The notes beneath the pieces were generated by a model. The model made no database searches, was not told the origin of the DNA, and worked only from the letters and a program-made list of their open reading frames with translations. A stretch of DNA of 64,000 bases from a virus (taxonomy: Duplodnaviria; Caudoviricetes), in IMG/VR virus record IMGVR_UViG_2928768511_000002, positions 11,660-75,659 of that record. The stretch is one strand, 5' to 3'. Below are positions 54,461-62,936 of this stretch, piece after piece (the first letter of the stretch is position 1; the number at the start of each line of letters is the position of its first letter). The position numbers were made by a program, and so were the translations under genes.

Positions 54461-55634
54461 CCTCGACCTCGACGAACTGCGCGCCGAACTTGACGACTTC
54501 GCTCAGCCCGAAAAGAAGGGCGGACGCTCCGCGCGCGAAGAACGCATCATTGCCGGGTTCGAAGAAGTCCAGCGCTTTTTCGAGGAGCACGGCCGCGCTC
54601 CGCAGCATGGCGAGGATAATGACATCTTCGAGCGACTCTATGCCGTGCGCCTCGACCGTCTGCGCGCACTTGAGGAATGTCGTTCGCTTCTTTCGCCGCT
54701 CGACTATCAGGGACTGTTGACAGGAGCGGAAAGCGCCCCCGCCGCTCCCGAAGAGGCGGTGGATGAGGACGAGTTGCTGGCCGAACTGAGGGATGCGGCA
54801 GGCGCATCCGATATTACCGAACTCCGCCACGTCCGCACCGCTGCCGACAAACGCGCAGCGGAGGAAATCGCCAATCGCGAGAAATGCGAGGACTTCGACC
54901 GATTCAAGCCTCTGTTCATTCAAGTCAAGAAGGACATCGATTCCGACATCCGCCAGACGCGGCCCTTCCAGACTATGGCCGAGATCAAGAAAGGCGAGTT
55001 CTTCATCGTCGGCGGCCAGATCGCCTATGTCGCGGAAGTTGGCGAGGAGTTCACGACGCAATATGAACGTCGTGACAGCCGACTGCGCGTCATCTATGAC
55101 AACGGTACCGAAAGCGACGTGCTGCTACGTTCGCTCCAGCGCGCGCTTCACCGCGACGAGGCGGGGAGGCGTATCACCGATCCCGTTGCGGGACCGCTGT
55201 TTGCCGGCGAGAGCGCCGAAGGCGACCTAGCCAGTGGTACGATTTACGTTCTGCGCAGTAAGTCCGACCACCCGCTAGTCGCAGCCCATCGCGATGTTCT
55301 GCACAAGATCGGCGTGACCAGCGGGGATGTGGAGCGACGTATCGCAAACGCGAAACTCGACCCTACATTTTTGATGGCCGAGGTGGAAGTCGTCGCGACT
55401 TACGAACTCTACAACGTCAATCGCACCAAGCTCGAAAACCTCATCCACCGCATCTTTGGCCTGGCTCAGCTCGATGTCGAGATCAAGGATCGCTTTGGGA
55501 ATCCAGTGATCCCGCGCGAATGGTTTCTTGTACCGCTGTTCGTGGTCAACGAAGCAGTTGATCGGATTAAGGACGGAACGATTACAGACTACACATACGA
55601 TCCGAAAGCAGCAGCATTGGTCCGTGTAGCCTGA
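54453..55634 (+). CDS. YeeC-like GIY-YIG (T5orf172) nuclease
   Basis: GTIYVLRS...HKIGVT...RRI...LENLIH...PREWF. Confidence 0.9.
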   Translation: MTDLDLDELRAELDDFAQPEKKGGRSAREERIIAGFEEVQRFFEEHGRAPQHGEDNDIFERLYAVRLDRLRALEECRSLLSPLDYQGLLTGAESAPAAPEEAVDEDELLAELRDAAGASDITELRHVRTAADKRAAEEIANREKCEDFDRFKPLFIQVKKDIDSDIRQTRPFQTMAEIKKGEFFIVGGQIAYVAEVGEEFTTQYERRDSRLRVIYDNGTESDVLLRSLQRALHRDEAGRRITDPVAGPLFAGESAEGDLASGTIYVLRSKSDHPLVAAHRDVLHKIGVTSGDVERRIANAKLDPTFLMAEVEVVATYELYNVNRTKLENLIHRIFGLAQLDVEIKDRFGNPVIPREWFLVPLFVVNEAVDRIKDGTITDYTYDPKAAALVRVA

Positions 55635-55685
55635 CTTCGATTGACGGCTTGCGTACAAATGGACCAAGACCGGAGTGAGGGAGCC

Positions 55686-55976
55686 ATGACACCGGATACC
55701 GTCTTTTGGCGTCGAAAGGAGCGTGACGACATTCTGAAAGAGGTGATCAAGGCTTCACAGGAGGTCGATCGGGTCGCGCTAGTTTATGGCGAATTATATG
55801 AGTTCTTAGGTGATCGTCGGGACAAGCATTCAAGAGCAGCTATGGACTCAATCGGCGACCGACTGACAAAGGCGCAGGAGGAATTGGACATACTTTTCTC
55901 GCGGCTATCGGATGCTCATCGGGCCGTAGTGCTTGCCAGAGCCGAATTACCCGCAGATCAGATCGCGGCCAATTAG
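55686..55976 (+). CDS. Helical hypothetical protein (96 aa)
   Basis: GGAG RBS; amphipathic helices. Confidence 0.55.
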   Translation: MTPDTVFWRRKERDDILKEVIKASQEVDRVALVYGELYEFLGDRRDKHSRAAMDSIGDRLTKAQEELDILFSRLSDAHRAVVLARAELPADQIAAN

Positions 55977-56012
55977 ACGGCGCCAAATGCGGCTTCGACC
56001 CGCTCAGTGCGC

Positions 56013-57041
56013 TTAGGTGTCGAGCATGTCCCACTCGTCACCTAGCACCCATCTCAACGCAGATAGCTTTCCGTTCATCATACCCCAGTCGAATTTTGAG
56101 TACGGACCAAGGTTCTCCTTGCCGTATTTCTTTTCGACCTTAGCTGCGGATTTCAGGGCGCCCTCCCAGATGTCCGCCTGAATCAGGTTCTTTCGCTTGG
56201 GCCAGGGTACGTCCGGCAGCTTAGGGACGATCTTTTCTTTACCAACCTCGATCTTATACCTGGCCACCATGTGCCGGTCGTACCAGATCCTGTCCAGAAG
56301 CTCCTCAATTGCATCGGAAATATCGCTCATGCTGCGGATCGGCTGATCGTAAGACTCGTCCAGCCATGGCACGGCATCCTTCAGGTGCATCGCATCGAGC
56401 GCATCACCGATACTGATGAAGTATCGCGACTTGATTTTGGAGAACAGTGCAGCCAGATCTGGGTGCGGTTGCTTGCTATTACCCGTGGGAGAGCTGAAGT
56501 CGCGAGTGTTGTGTGTCACGAACGCAAAGCGATCGCCCGGCTTACCGTTTTGCTTGATGTACTCCGAATAGGCTTCGATAATCAGCGCGTCGTTGAAGCT
56601 GTTTTTGTCCCGATGAAACGGGGCCTTCTTCTGCATAGCTCGATCTGAGGCCCGAATCTTCATTGCGTCACTGATCTGAACGATGTCGCCTGCTTTGATG
56701 AGAGTTTCTATCTGGTCGGCGGCATGTTCGGCTACAGCCTTTGGCGTCTTTATCGGGCTTTCCACGTCATCGAAAAGTCGGTGAAGGGTCCTCGATCTTC
56801 TTTTGCCTCCCTGCTGGACGACGATCTCCTTTGCTCGGCTCAGAGTCGTGGTGATGCTTTTGGAATATTCGACGATCATCCTGTCCCGATTCCGCATGAA
56901 CTCGTCCAGGACAACCTGCGGGACGATGATATTGATTAGCTTGTCGTGCCTCAGATTGAGCAGGAAATCGAAATTCTTAGATTGGGACGGCGTCTTGGCC
57001 ATATCGAGCCAGACGCAGGTGTCGACCAGCATCTTAAGCAT
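56013..57041 (-). CDS. PIN-domain protein with C-terminal extension
   Basis: MLVDTCVW, VLDEF, NDALI, FVTHNTRDF. Confidence 0.85.
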   Translation of the reverse strand: MLKMLVDTCVWLDMAKTPSQSKNFDFLLNLRHDKLINIIVPQVVLDEFMRNRDRMIVEYSKSITTTLSRAKEIVVQQGGKRRSRTLHRLFDDVESPIKTPKAVAEHAADQIETLIKAGDIVQISDAMKIRASDRAMQKKAPFHRDKNSFNDALIIEAYSEYIKQNGKPGDRFAFVTHNTRDFSSPTGNSKQPHPDLAALFSKIKSRYFISIGDALDAMHLKDAVPWLDESYDQPIRSMSDISDAIEELLDRIWYDRHMVARYKIEVGKEKIVPKLPDVPWPKRKNLIQADIWEGALKSAAKVEKKYGKENLGPYSKFDWGMMNGKLSALRWVLGDEWDMLDT

Positions 57042-57147
57042 GTCTCAACGAAACCATTTTCGTGTGGGGAGTCGCGGCGGGCCTCCCCACATCCATAGCA
57101 TGCTCCAGTCTGTGGTCATACTCCGTCTTATGGCGACGGTGCTTTGC

Positions 57148-57402
57148 TCATCGGTATCGATCTCCAGGCTCCCAGCCCTCTGGCTTCTCGTCGACAAACC
57201 TAACTTCAGCGTCCGGATAGTGCTTGCTGATTAGGTTTTTGACCTCCATGTCGTCCTAGGCATCGACCACAGCGCACAGCGATTGCTCGTCGCGCTCCTC
57301 ATCGCGGTCTCGGGTGCCACTCACCCAGGTCTTGAACGGGGGCCGCGTGCAGCCCTCGTCCGCGTAGTTGCCGGACCACCAGCTCGCCCAATGTCTCGGC
57401 AT
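57148..57402 (-). pseudogene. Phage gene split by an in-frame TAG
   Basis: MPRHWASWW...CAVVDA-TAG-DDMEVKNLISKHYPDAEVRFVDEKPEGWEPGDRYR in one frame. Confidence 0.6.
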
Positions 57403-57698
57403 CAGCGATAGATCCTCAGGCAAGCGGTGCTGATCATCTGGGTCGTCGGCTGACATTTCCGATCGATCCACGGATGCGCGCGCGAAGTGAACTCCAGGTG
57501 CTCCATCCGGATCTGGTCCTTAATCTTGCCGAGGGCCTCATCCTTGAAGTTGATGCCCTTGGGGAAGGGCTCGACCCTGTTCCAGGTCAGGTTCTCGCGG
57601 GGAAGCCCCGGCGGGATGACGCGGTAGCCGCGGTTCTCCAGCGCCTTGGTCAGGGTGTCGTCGCTGAAGAAGACGACGTCTCTCGGATCTATGAACAT
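57402..57698 (-). CDS. Phage hypothetical protein (98 aa)
   Basis: TGATG coupling on both sides. Confidence 0.65.
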   Translation of the reverse strand: MFIDPRDVVFFSDDTLTKALENRGYRVIPPGLPRENLTWNRVEPFPKGINFKDEALGKIKDQIRMEHLEFTSRAHPWIDRKCQPTTQMISTACLRIYR

Positions 57699-57889
57699 CA
57701 GGCGGCCTTGTCCTTGATGTCCTTGTTCAGGCTGCCCGGCACCTGGGATCGGTGGATGACGACGTAGCCGTGCATCTCCAGGATCTTGATCACGTCGACG
57801 ACGGGGTAGCCGTTGACGGTCTTCCTGTGCTGGTTCTTCAGGTCTTTGGCGTGGATGTCCGGGTTTCGCATCATGGTCTCATGTTCCAT
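57698..57889 (-). CDS. Phage hypothetical protein
   Basis: Coupled; shares LE..GY.VI with the neighbouring gene. Confidence 0.6.
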   Translation of the reverse strand: MEHETMMRNPDIHAKDLKNQHRKTVNGYPVVDVIKILEMHGYVVIHRSQVPGSLNKDIKDKAA

Positions 57890-58107
57890 TTTTGGAGTGC
57901 GATGTGCTGACGGTGAACGATGTCGAGGTGACGCTCCTCGATCAGCGGGCCATCGGCGCCGCAGGCGAGGCAGGTGACGTGAGGCATCGGCCCGATGTAG
58001 AGGCCGACACCCGATGAGCTGCAGAAGGGACAGGTCTTGAGGCGGACGCCGAAGCGATGCTCGACTTCCTCGAGCCAGATGACTCGGTCGCGTCCAGGCC
58101 AGGGCAT
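57871..58107 (-). CDS. Lar-family restriction alleviation protein
   Basis: LKTCPFC...VTCLACGADGP...IALQKWNMR. Confidence 0.75.
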   Translation of the reverse strand: MPWPGRDRVIWLEEVEHRFGVRLKTCPFCSSSGVGLYIGPMPHVTCLACGADGPLIEERHLDIVHRQHIALQKWNMRP

Positions 58108-58310
58108 CAGTAGTCCCCGTTCTGGAGGACGATCGCCGCCGCCGCGGAGAGGTCGATCTCCTTCAGCGTGAATGGCTCCGACTGCTTGATGCCGTAGCTG
58201 ACCAGCTCGGCGATGAGCAGCGCCCTGGCATATTCCGGATCGGGCGCCACGACGACTGACGCGACGCCGACCCAGTGACCCTCATGGTCCGTGCAGGTGA
58301 AGACCCTCAT
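58107..58310 (-). CDS. Phage hypothetical protein (67 aa)
   Basis: Coupled; MRVFTCTDHEGHW. Confidence 0.6.
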   Translation of the reverse strand: MRVFTCTDHEGHWVGVASVVVAPDPEYARALLIAELVSYGIKQSEPFTLKEIDLSAAAAIVLQNGDY

Positions 58311-58675
58311 TTCTGCTCGCGGGTCAGGAACCAGTTCTCGATGAACCAGTGGATCTTCGGCGCCGTGGATTGCAGGCGCGCGAGCCCGGTGCCGATGCCG
58401 TCCTGCGGGATCACGACCAGCTTGCCGGCGTCGAGCGCCTTCTGGACCTTCTCCAGGTCGCGCATCACCTCGACGTGGCACTCGATGCTGTCGTCGAAGA
58501 AGGCGTCAGGCGCCATGCTGGGGCGCCATTTGGTGGCCACGCCGATCGCGTTGGGTTCGCCGCGCATCTGCGCTGCCTGACCGCCGTAGCCGCGGCGCTC
58601 AACGTTGTCGCCGAAGACGAAGATGGTGTCGGGGTTGTTCTTCAGATCAGCTCGCGTGATCCAGGGCTGTCTCAT
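58307..58675 (-). CDS. Macrodomain-like protein
   Basis: IFVFGDN..R.GYGGQA, PNAIGVATK, GIGTGLA loop. Confidence 0.6.
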   Translation of the reverse strand: MRQPWITRADLKNNPDTIFVFGDNVERRGYGGQAAQMRGEPNAIGVATKWRPSMAPDAFFDDSIECHVEVMRDLEKVQKALDAGKLVVIPQDGIGTGLARLQSTAPKIHWFIENWFLTREQK

Positions 58676-58977
58676 GATCGGCAATGTTGTCTCCCGTTGC
58701 TGTCCTGCTCTTCCCCGACGTATTGGAGGAGCGTCATTCCATCGTGCGTGCAGCAGTAGCCTGCTCCCCGCATCTCCCCGTCTTCGCTCCACAGGCCCTT
58801 GCCGTATTGAGCGAAGCCTTTGCGCGCCAAGGCACGAACAGATCGCCGCACATGCTGGGGATCGAGTCCGGACCTCTGAGCGACTGCGCGGAACGACAGG
58901 TAATTCCCGTCGTCCGCGTAGACCTGGCCGAGCGCGCGGAGAGCCTTCAGCTCTCGTTCGCTGACCGGGATTGTCAC
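58672..58977 (-). CDS. Winged HTH protein
   Basis: SFRAVAQRSGLDPQHVRRSVRALARKG. Confidence 0.65.
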   Translation of the reverse strand: MTIPVSERELKALRALGQVYADDGNYLSFRAVAQRSGLDPQHVRRSVRALARKGFAQYGKGLWSEDGEMRGAGYCCTHDGMTLLQYVGEEQDSNGRQHCRS

Positions 58978-59522
58978 GTTGGCGACACCCAGGCGCGGAT
59001 GCGGCTGCGCGGGTAGGGCATTTCGGTCACCCGGTGACCGCGCGAGTTGCCGCTGATGACGATCGGGTCGCCGCTCTTGGTGAAGCCCGAGACGACACCG
59101 ACGTGTCCGCCGCCGCGCCGGCCCATGGTCACGACAGCGCCGACCTGCGGGGCGATGCGCTGCTTGTTCTCCCAGGAAAGGGCGCGGTCATCGACGCCTG
59201 AGGCGCCCGTGATCTTGCGCATGAATGCCGAGCACCACAGGGTCGAGCGAACGCCAACCTCGTGCGCTGTGGCGCCGATGAACTGGCGGGCGCGATCGAC
59301 GACGCCGACGCCTGCGTTGAAGCCGCTCTGGATGCCATAGGAGAAGCTGTCAGCGAACGACGACTCCTGCACATGTTGGCGAACGGCGACACGCTCCACG
59401 ACGCGGTGATGCGCATGGCGGTGGTGGTGATGATGGTGGTGATGCCTCGGACGGGCCTCAGCGGCCGAAAAAGACAAAGCGAGGATCGCGGCGCCGACGA
59501 GCGCCGTGTTCAGGTTTCTCAT
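58974..59522 (-). CDS. Secreted CHAP/NlpC-like (TIGR02594-type) hydrolase
   Basis: Signal peptide, His-rich linker, LWCSAFM, GGGHVG, ISGN. Confidence 0.7.
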   Translation of the reverse strand: MRNLNTALVGAAILALSFSAAEARPRHHHHHHHHRHAHHRVVERVAVRQHVQESSFADSFSYGIQSGFNAGVGVVDRARQFIGATAHEVGVRSTLWCSAFMRKITGASGVDDRALSWENKQRIAPQVGAVVTMGRRGGGHVGVVSGFTKSGDPIVISGNSRGHRVTEMPYPRSRIRAWVSPT

Positions 59523-59549
59523 TGTTGGGATAGCTCCGTTAGAGGTAGA

Positions 59550-59840
59550 TCAGACCGCTGCGTTGCGGGCGGCGATCCGTTTGCGGTCGGCTTCGACCGC
59601 GGCGTAGGTCGGGCAGCGGGTCCACTCGTCCTCGTGGACGATTGCGAACGCCTGCTGCACCTGGCTGGTGAAGAAGCGAGCTGCCTCTTCGCCCATGTCT
59701 GCGAGAACTTGGTCTCCGCAGATCATTCGGAATTTGAGCTGGGGCTTCTTGCCCTCGTTCTCGATTTTCGTGGCGCTGAACCCGATGGGGCCGGCCGACA
59801 CGACGACGACGTTCGTGATCTTGCTGGTGACGTTGCTCAT
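59550..59840 (-). CDS. Phage hypothetical protein (96 aa)
   Basis: ATGA coupling. Confidence 0.6.
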   Translation of the reverse strand: MSNVTSKITNVVVVSAGPIGFSATKIENEGKKPQLKFRMICGDQVLADMGEEAARFFTSQVQQAFAIVHEDEWTRCPTYAAVEADRKRIAARNAAV

Positions 59841-60430
59841 GCTGCGATCTCCATCTGCTGCTGGTTGAACTTCGTGGTTTCGTTCCCCCAAGCGTCCCAG
59901 CCAGGACGGACCTCGCGGCTGAAGATGTCGGCCTTCGGATAAGGCCCAGCCATCTTCGCGGCCTCGACGTAGCCCTGCTCAGGCTTGCGCGAGTGCTCGC
60001 GGCGCGGCTCAAGGATCGCGGAGCGGATGTTGCGGGAGTGGATGCGTGGCTTGCCGACCTTCCCGATCAGGAAGGGCTCGTGGCAGTTGCGGAGCACGTA
60101 GCCGGTACCGAACGTCGGACGGCTGCCGTCCTTGACCATCTTCACCCAGACGCCCTGGGTGCAGTAGTCGACGCCCCATCTGCGGAAGCACTCGCGTGCG
60201 GCGTCGTACATCGGCGCCGTGGCGTAGAGCCAAACCCACATGCCATCGCGGTGAGCGAGATCAGCGATCGGCATGGAGAAGATCTTCTCGATGTCCCAGC
60301 ACTCGTAGTGCTGCTCAGCCGACTTGCCCTTGCCTTCCTCCGAATAGGTCTCGAAGCGCCACGGCGGATCGATCTTCGCGAGGCCGTAGTGGGCTCTGTG
60401 CAGAGGGTAGAGCTGGAAGTCATCGTTCAT
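59837..60430 (-). CDS. MT-A70 family adenine methyltransferase
   Basis: IDPPW, WVK, FGTGYVLRNCHE, HSRKP, IFSR..RPGWDAWGNE. Confidence 0.92.
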   Translation of the reverse strand: MNDDFQLYPLHRAHYGLAKIDPPWRFETYSEEGKGKSAEQHYECWDIEKIFSMPIADLAHRDGMWVWLYATAPMYDAARECFRRWGVDYCTQGVWVKMVKDGSRPTFGTGYVLRNCHEPFLIGKVGKPRIHSRNIRSAILEPRREHSRKPEQGYVEAAKMAGPYPKADIFSREVRPGWDAWGNETTKFNQQQMEIAA

Positions 60431-60438
60431 TTGCGCTC

Positions 60439-60454
60439 TTTGAATTCATGCAAA
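60439..60454. promoter_or_regulatory. Palindrome variant (TTTGCATGAATTCAAA on the minus strand)
   Basis: Immediately upstream of MT-A70. Confidence 0.55.
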
Positions 60455-60489
60455 CGACGGGACATAGGTCTCCCGCCGATGCGGTTGGA

Positions 60490-60663
60490 TCAGGGGAGGA
60501 GCTTGGCGAATGACTTGTTGATCCGCTCGATGCGCTCAACATTGCAGTCGTAGCACCACGCGCCCCAGTGGGTTTTGCGACACTCACCCTTGCAGCCGAG
60601 GCAGCGGGTGAGCTTTCCGGTCTTGTAGTTCTCCGGATCGCGCCAGGGTTCTTCGACGCTCAT
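60490..60663 (-). CDS. Small Zn-finger protein
   Basis: CLGC...WCYDC. Confidence 0.55.
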   Translation of the reverse strand: MSVEEPWRDPENYKTGKLTRCLGCKGECRKTHWGAWCYDCNVERIERINKSFAKLLP

Positions 60664-60854
60664 CGCGGGGTGATCGTCAGATCGAAGTGCCGGCCGACGT
60701 AGAAGGCCTTCCGGTTCCGGTCGTTCATAGGGACGCTGACGGCGATCGGCATCCACGGCTGCCATTCAGCAGCGCTGACCGCGCGCCCCTGTCCCACGAG
60801 GAACAGCTTGTCGCCCTTGTCCTGCACTTCGAGTACGTGCGCTTCGATCTTCAT
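60660..60854 (-). CDS. Small hypothetical protein (64 aa)
   Basis: ATGA coupling. Confidence 0.55.
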   Translation of the reverse strand: MKIEAHVLEVQDKGDKLFLVGQGRAVSAAEWQPWMPIAVSVPMNDRNRKAFYVGRHFDLTITPR

Positions 60855-61159
60855 CGTTCCCCCATTCCCAGTTTCTCTCGCCACTCGCGCGCCTCAGGCA
60901 GAAGCTCTTTCACCAAGACGTCGTCCTCGGTCTTTGCGATGATCGCCTGCACCAGCCGGGCGTCCGGCAGGATGGATTGGCAGGGCTGCTTCTCGTTCTC
61001 CCGCTTGCAGCCCGGCTCGGTGAGCTTCTCGCGGACCACGAACAAGTCGCGGTCTGGTCCGAATCGTTCGATCAGGCCGGCGAGCTTCATCCGGCCCTCT
61101 CGGTCACACTGCGCGCATTTGACGCGCACGTAGGGCAGGGGCCATTCTGAGATCTTCAT
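60851..61159 (-). CDS. Zn-binding hypothetical protein
   Basis: VRVKCAQCDREGR...C...C; ATGA coupling. Confidence 0.65.
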   Translation of the reverse strand: MKISEWPLPYVRVKCAQCDREGRMKLAGLIERFGPDRDLFVVREKLTEPGCKRENEKQPCQSILPDARLVQAIIAKTEDDVLVKELLPEAREWREKLGMGER

Positions 61160-61659
61160 CCGATGCCCTCCACAGGAGTGACGTCGATCTGCTCGCACGC
61201 GACGCCGGCCTCGGCATAGAAAGCCTGCGCAGCATCGAGCGACGCCTTCCAGCGCATCCTGCGCTCCTCGTCCAGCGTCGGCGCGACGACGCGCTTGATG
61301 CCAGCCTGGATGACGTGTAGAGCGCACCGTTCACAGGTCAGGAACGGCCAGGTGTAGAGGGTGTAGCCGTGGAGCGACTCGCGAGCGGTCAGGATGGCGT
61401 TGATCTCGCCATGGACCACCAGCCCATACTTCACGTCGCGATTGTTCAGGCGCTCCGCAGTGTCAGCGATGCCACGCGGGAATCCATTGTAGCCGGTCGC
61501 GGCAACGGTGCGGTCGGGGCGCACGATCACGGCGCCGACCTTGGTGCTCGGGTCCTTGGATCCAGCGGCGATCTCACGCGCGACGCGCAGGTGATAGAGG
61601 TCCCACCAGAGCTGACTGCGACGCTGTTCCTGGAACTCCGGAGAGAGTTGCGAAGTCAT
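61156..61659 (-). CDS. dCMP deaminase
   Basis: STKVGAVIV, TGYNGFP, HGEINA, CERC, IQAGIKRVV. Confidence 0.92.
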   Translation of the reverse strand: MTSQLSPEFQEQRRSQLWWDLYHLRVAREIAAGSKDPSTKVGAVIVRPDRTVAATGYNGFPRGIADTAERLNNRDVKYGLVVHGEINAILTARESLHGYTLYTWPFLTCERCALHVIQAGIKRVVAPTLDEERRMRWKASLDAAQAFYAEAGVACEQIDVTPVEGIG

Positions 61660-61799
61660 CAGTTTGCATTCCTCTCAACTTGAGTTGAACAAAGGACAGG
61701 CATGCTGACCAATTCGTCATCACTCGAATTGATAGAAACATGCAGAAACACGGCCTTTCTCGAAGATCGCAGCAAAAGTTCCTCCGTTTGCTTTCGTTG

Positions 61800-61815
61800 T
61801 TTGCATTAGAGCAAA
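61800..61815. promoter_or_regulatory. Palindrome TTTGCATTAGAGCAAA
   Basis: In the divergent intergenic region 61660-62037. Confidence 0.55.
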
Positions 61816-62037
61816 TTGAAGCTCGACGCAAGAAGTAGTGACGGATCGTTTGTGAACGAACGTTCAGTGGGTGTTGCCTTTGAAAAACAGGAGGAAAATC
61901 TTTCGATCTGTTCCCCCGACAAGGTGTCGCACCGTAGTTGTACCGAGTGGGATACCAGCTTGCGTTTTCATGCAAACACCGTTAGCAAGCGCCCTGAGGT
62001 CGACTTGGTGGGTCGGCGGGCTGGAAAGAAAACAAGA

Positions 62038-62352
62038 ATGAGAAGTTCCATTGAATACCGGGGGTACGTCGTCGAACACGACGGCGCCGGCTACGTTGCC
62101 TCGTCCTTAGACGGGGAGTCCTGCACACTTAGATCGAAGAGCCTGATCAGGGTCATGCGTTCAGTCGACGCCCTGTGGACCGCGCTGGATGGAGGCGTGA
62201 GACAGGCTTGGATCGACACCTGGCTTGCAAACCCGGCAGCCCCTGTGCAGCTCGACGCCGCCGCCGAAGCGATGCTCGTTCCGACCAGGAGCCTCACGCC
62301 AGTGTTTCCCGTAGCGCCCATCGTCACCCCTGCAACTCAGGTGGCGGCATGA
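62038..62352 (+). CDS. Hypothetical protein, paralog of the next gene's N-terminus
   Basis: YRGYVV...YVA...DALW. Confidence 0.7.
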   Translation: MRSSIEYRGYVVEHDGAGYVASSLDGESCTLRSKSLIRVMRSVDALWTALDGGVRQAWIDTWLANPAAPVQLDAAAEAMLVPTRSLTPVFPVAPIVTPATQVAA

Positions 62353-62936
62353 CGACCATCTATCGCAACTACGACGTTGCCAAGGTCGGCAATAACTACG
62401 TCGCTCAGTCCGAAGAAGAAGACGCTGTCATGGTCTCGCGAGATTTCACGCGGATCAGGCTGGCGATCGATCAGCTCTGGGATGGCGTCGCGCGCGGAGC
62501 GATGCCAGTTTGGTTCACGACCAACACGGTCCTCGATCTCGACTCCGTCGATATCGAAGCGGCGGAGAGCGTTCCCTCGGAGACCGATCCTCCGAAGCAG
62601 GTCAAGAATATCAGCTACACTTGGTTTGCATTGTCTGCTTTTGTTGTTTCGATTCCGCTCGCTGGCTTGATGTCGCTCGTAAAGTACAGTGCCGAGACCG
62701 AGATCCTGTTCACCCTCGCTGTCTGCGCGGTTGCTGTCGCCTTCGGGCGGGGATACGCGCTGCTGATGAGCGCGCTCTCGGCGCTCCTCTACAATTTGGT
62801 CATCATCGAGCCGTCGCTAACGTTGACCATACCGACCTCCGCCGAGCTGGCGTACATCTTGGTCAACATCCTGGCGTCGATCGCTATTCCCATGATCATG
62901 AAGAGCAAAGGACTTCACCCGGGCTCATTGGTATGA
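62349..62936 (+). CDS. Membrane protein with DUF4118 (KdpD-like TM) domain
   Basis: AVAVAFGRGYALLMSALSALLYNLVIIEP pattern. Confidence 0.65.
   Translation: MTTIYRNYDVAKVGNNYVAQSEEEDAVMVSRDFTRIRLAIDQLWDGVARGAMPVWFTTNTVLDLDSVDIEAAESVPSETDPPKQVKNISYTWFALSAFVVSIPLAGLMSLVKYSAETEILFTLAVCAVAVAFGRGYALLMSALSALLYNLVIIEPSLTLTIPTSAELAYILVNILASIAIPMIMKSKGLHPGSLV

Noticed and set aside
47577-57147. Island as an autonomous IS/ICE/satellite
   Set aside because: No integrase or transposase, terminal repeats or target duplication detected by eye.
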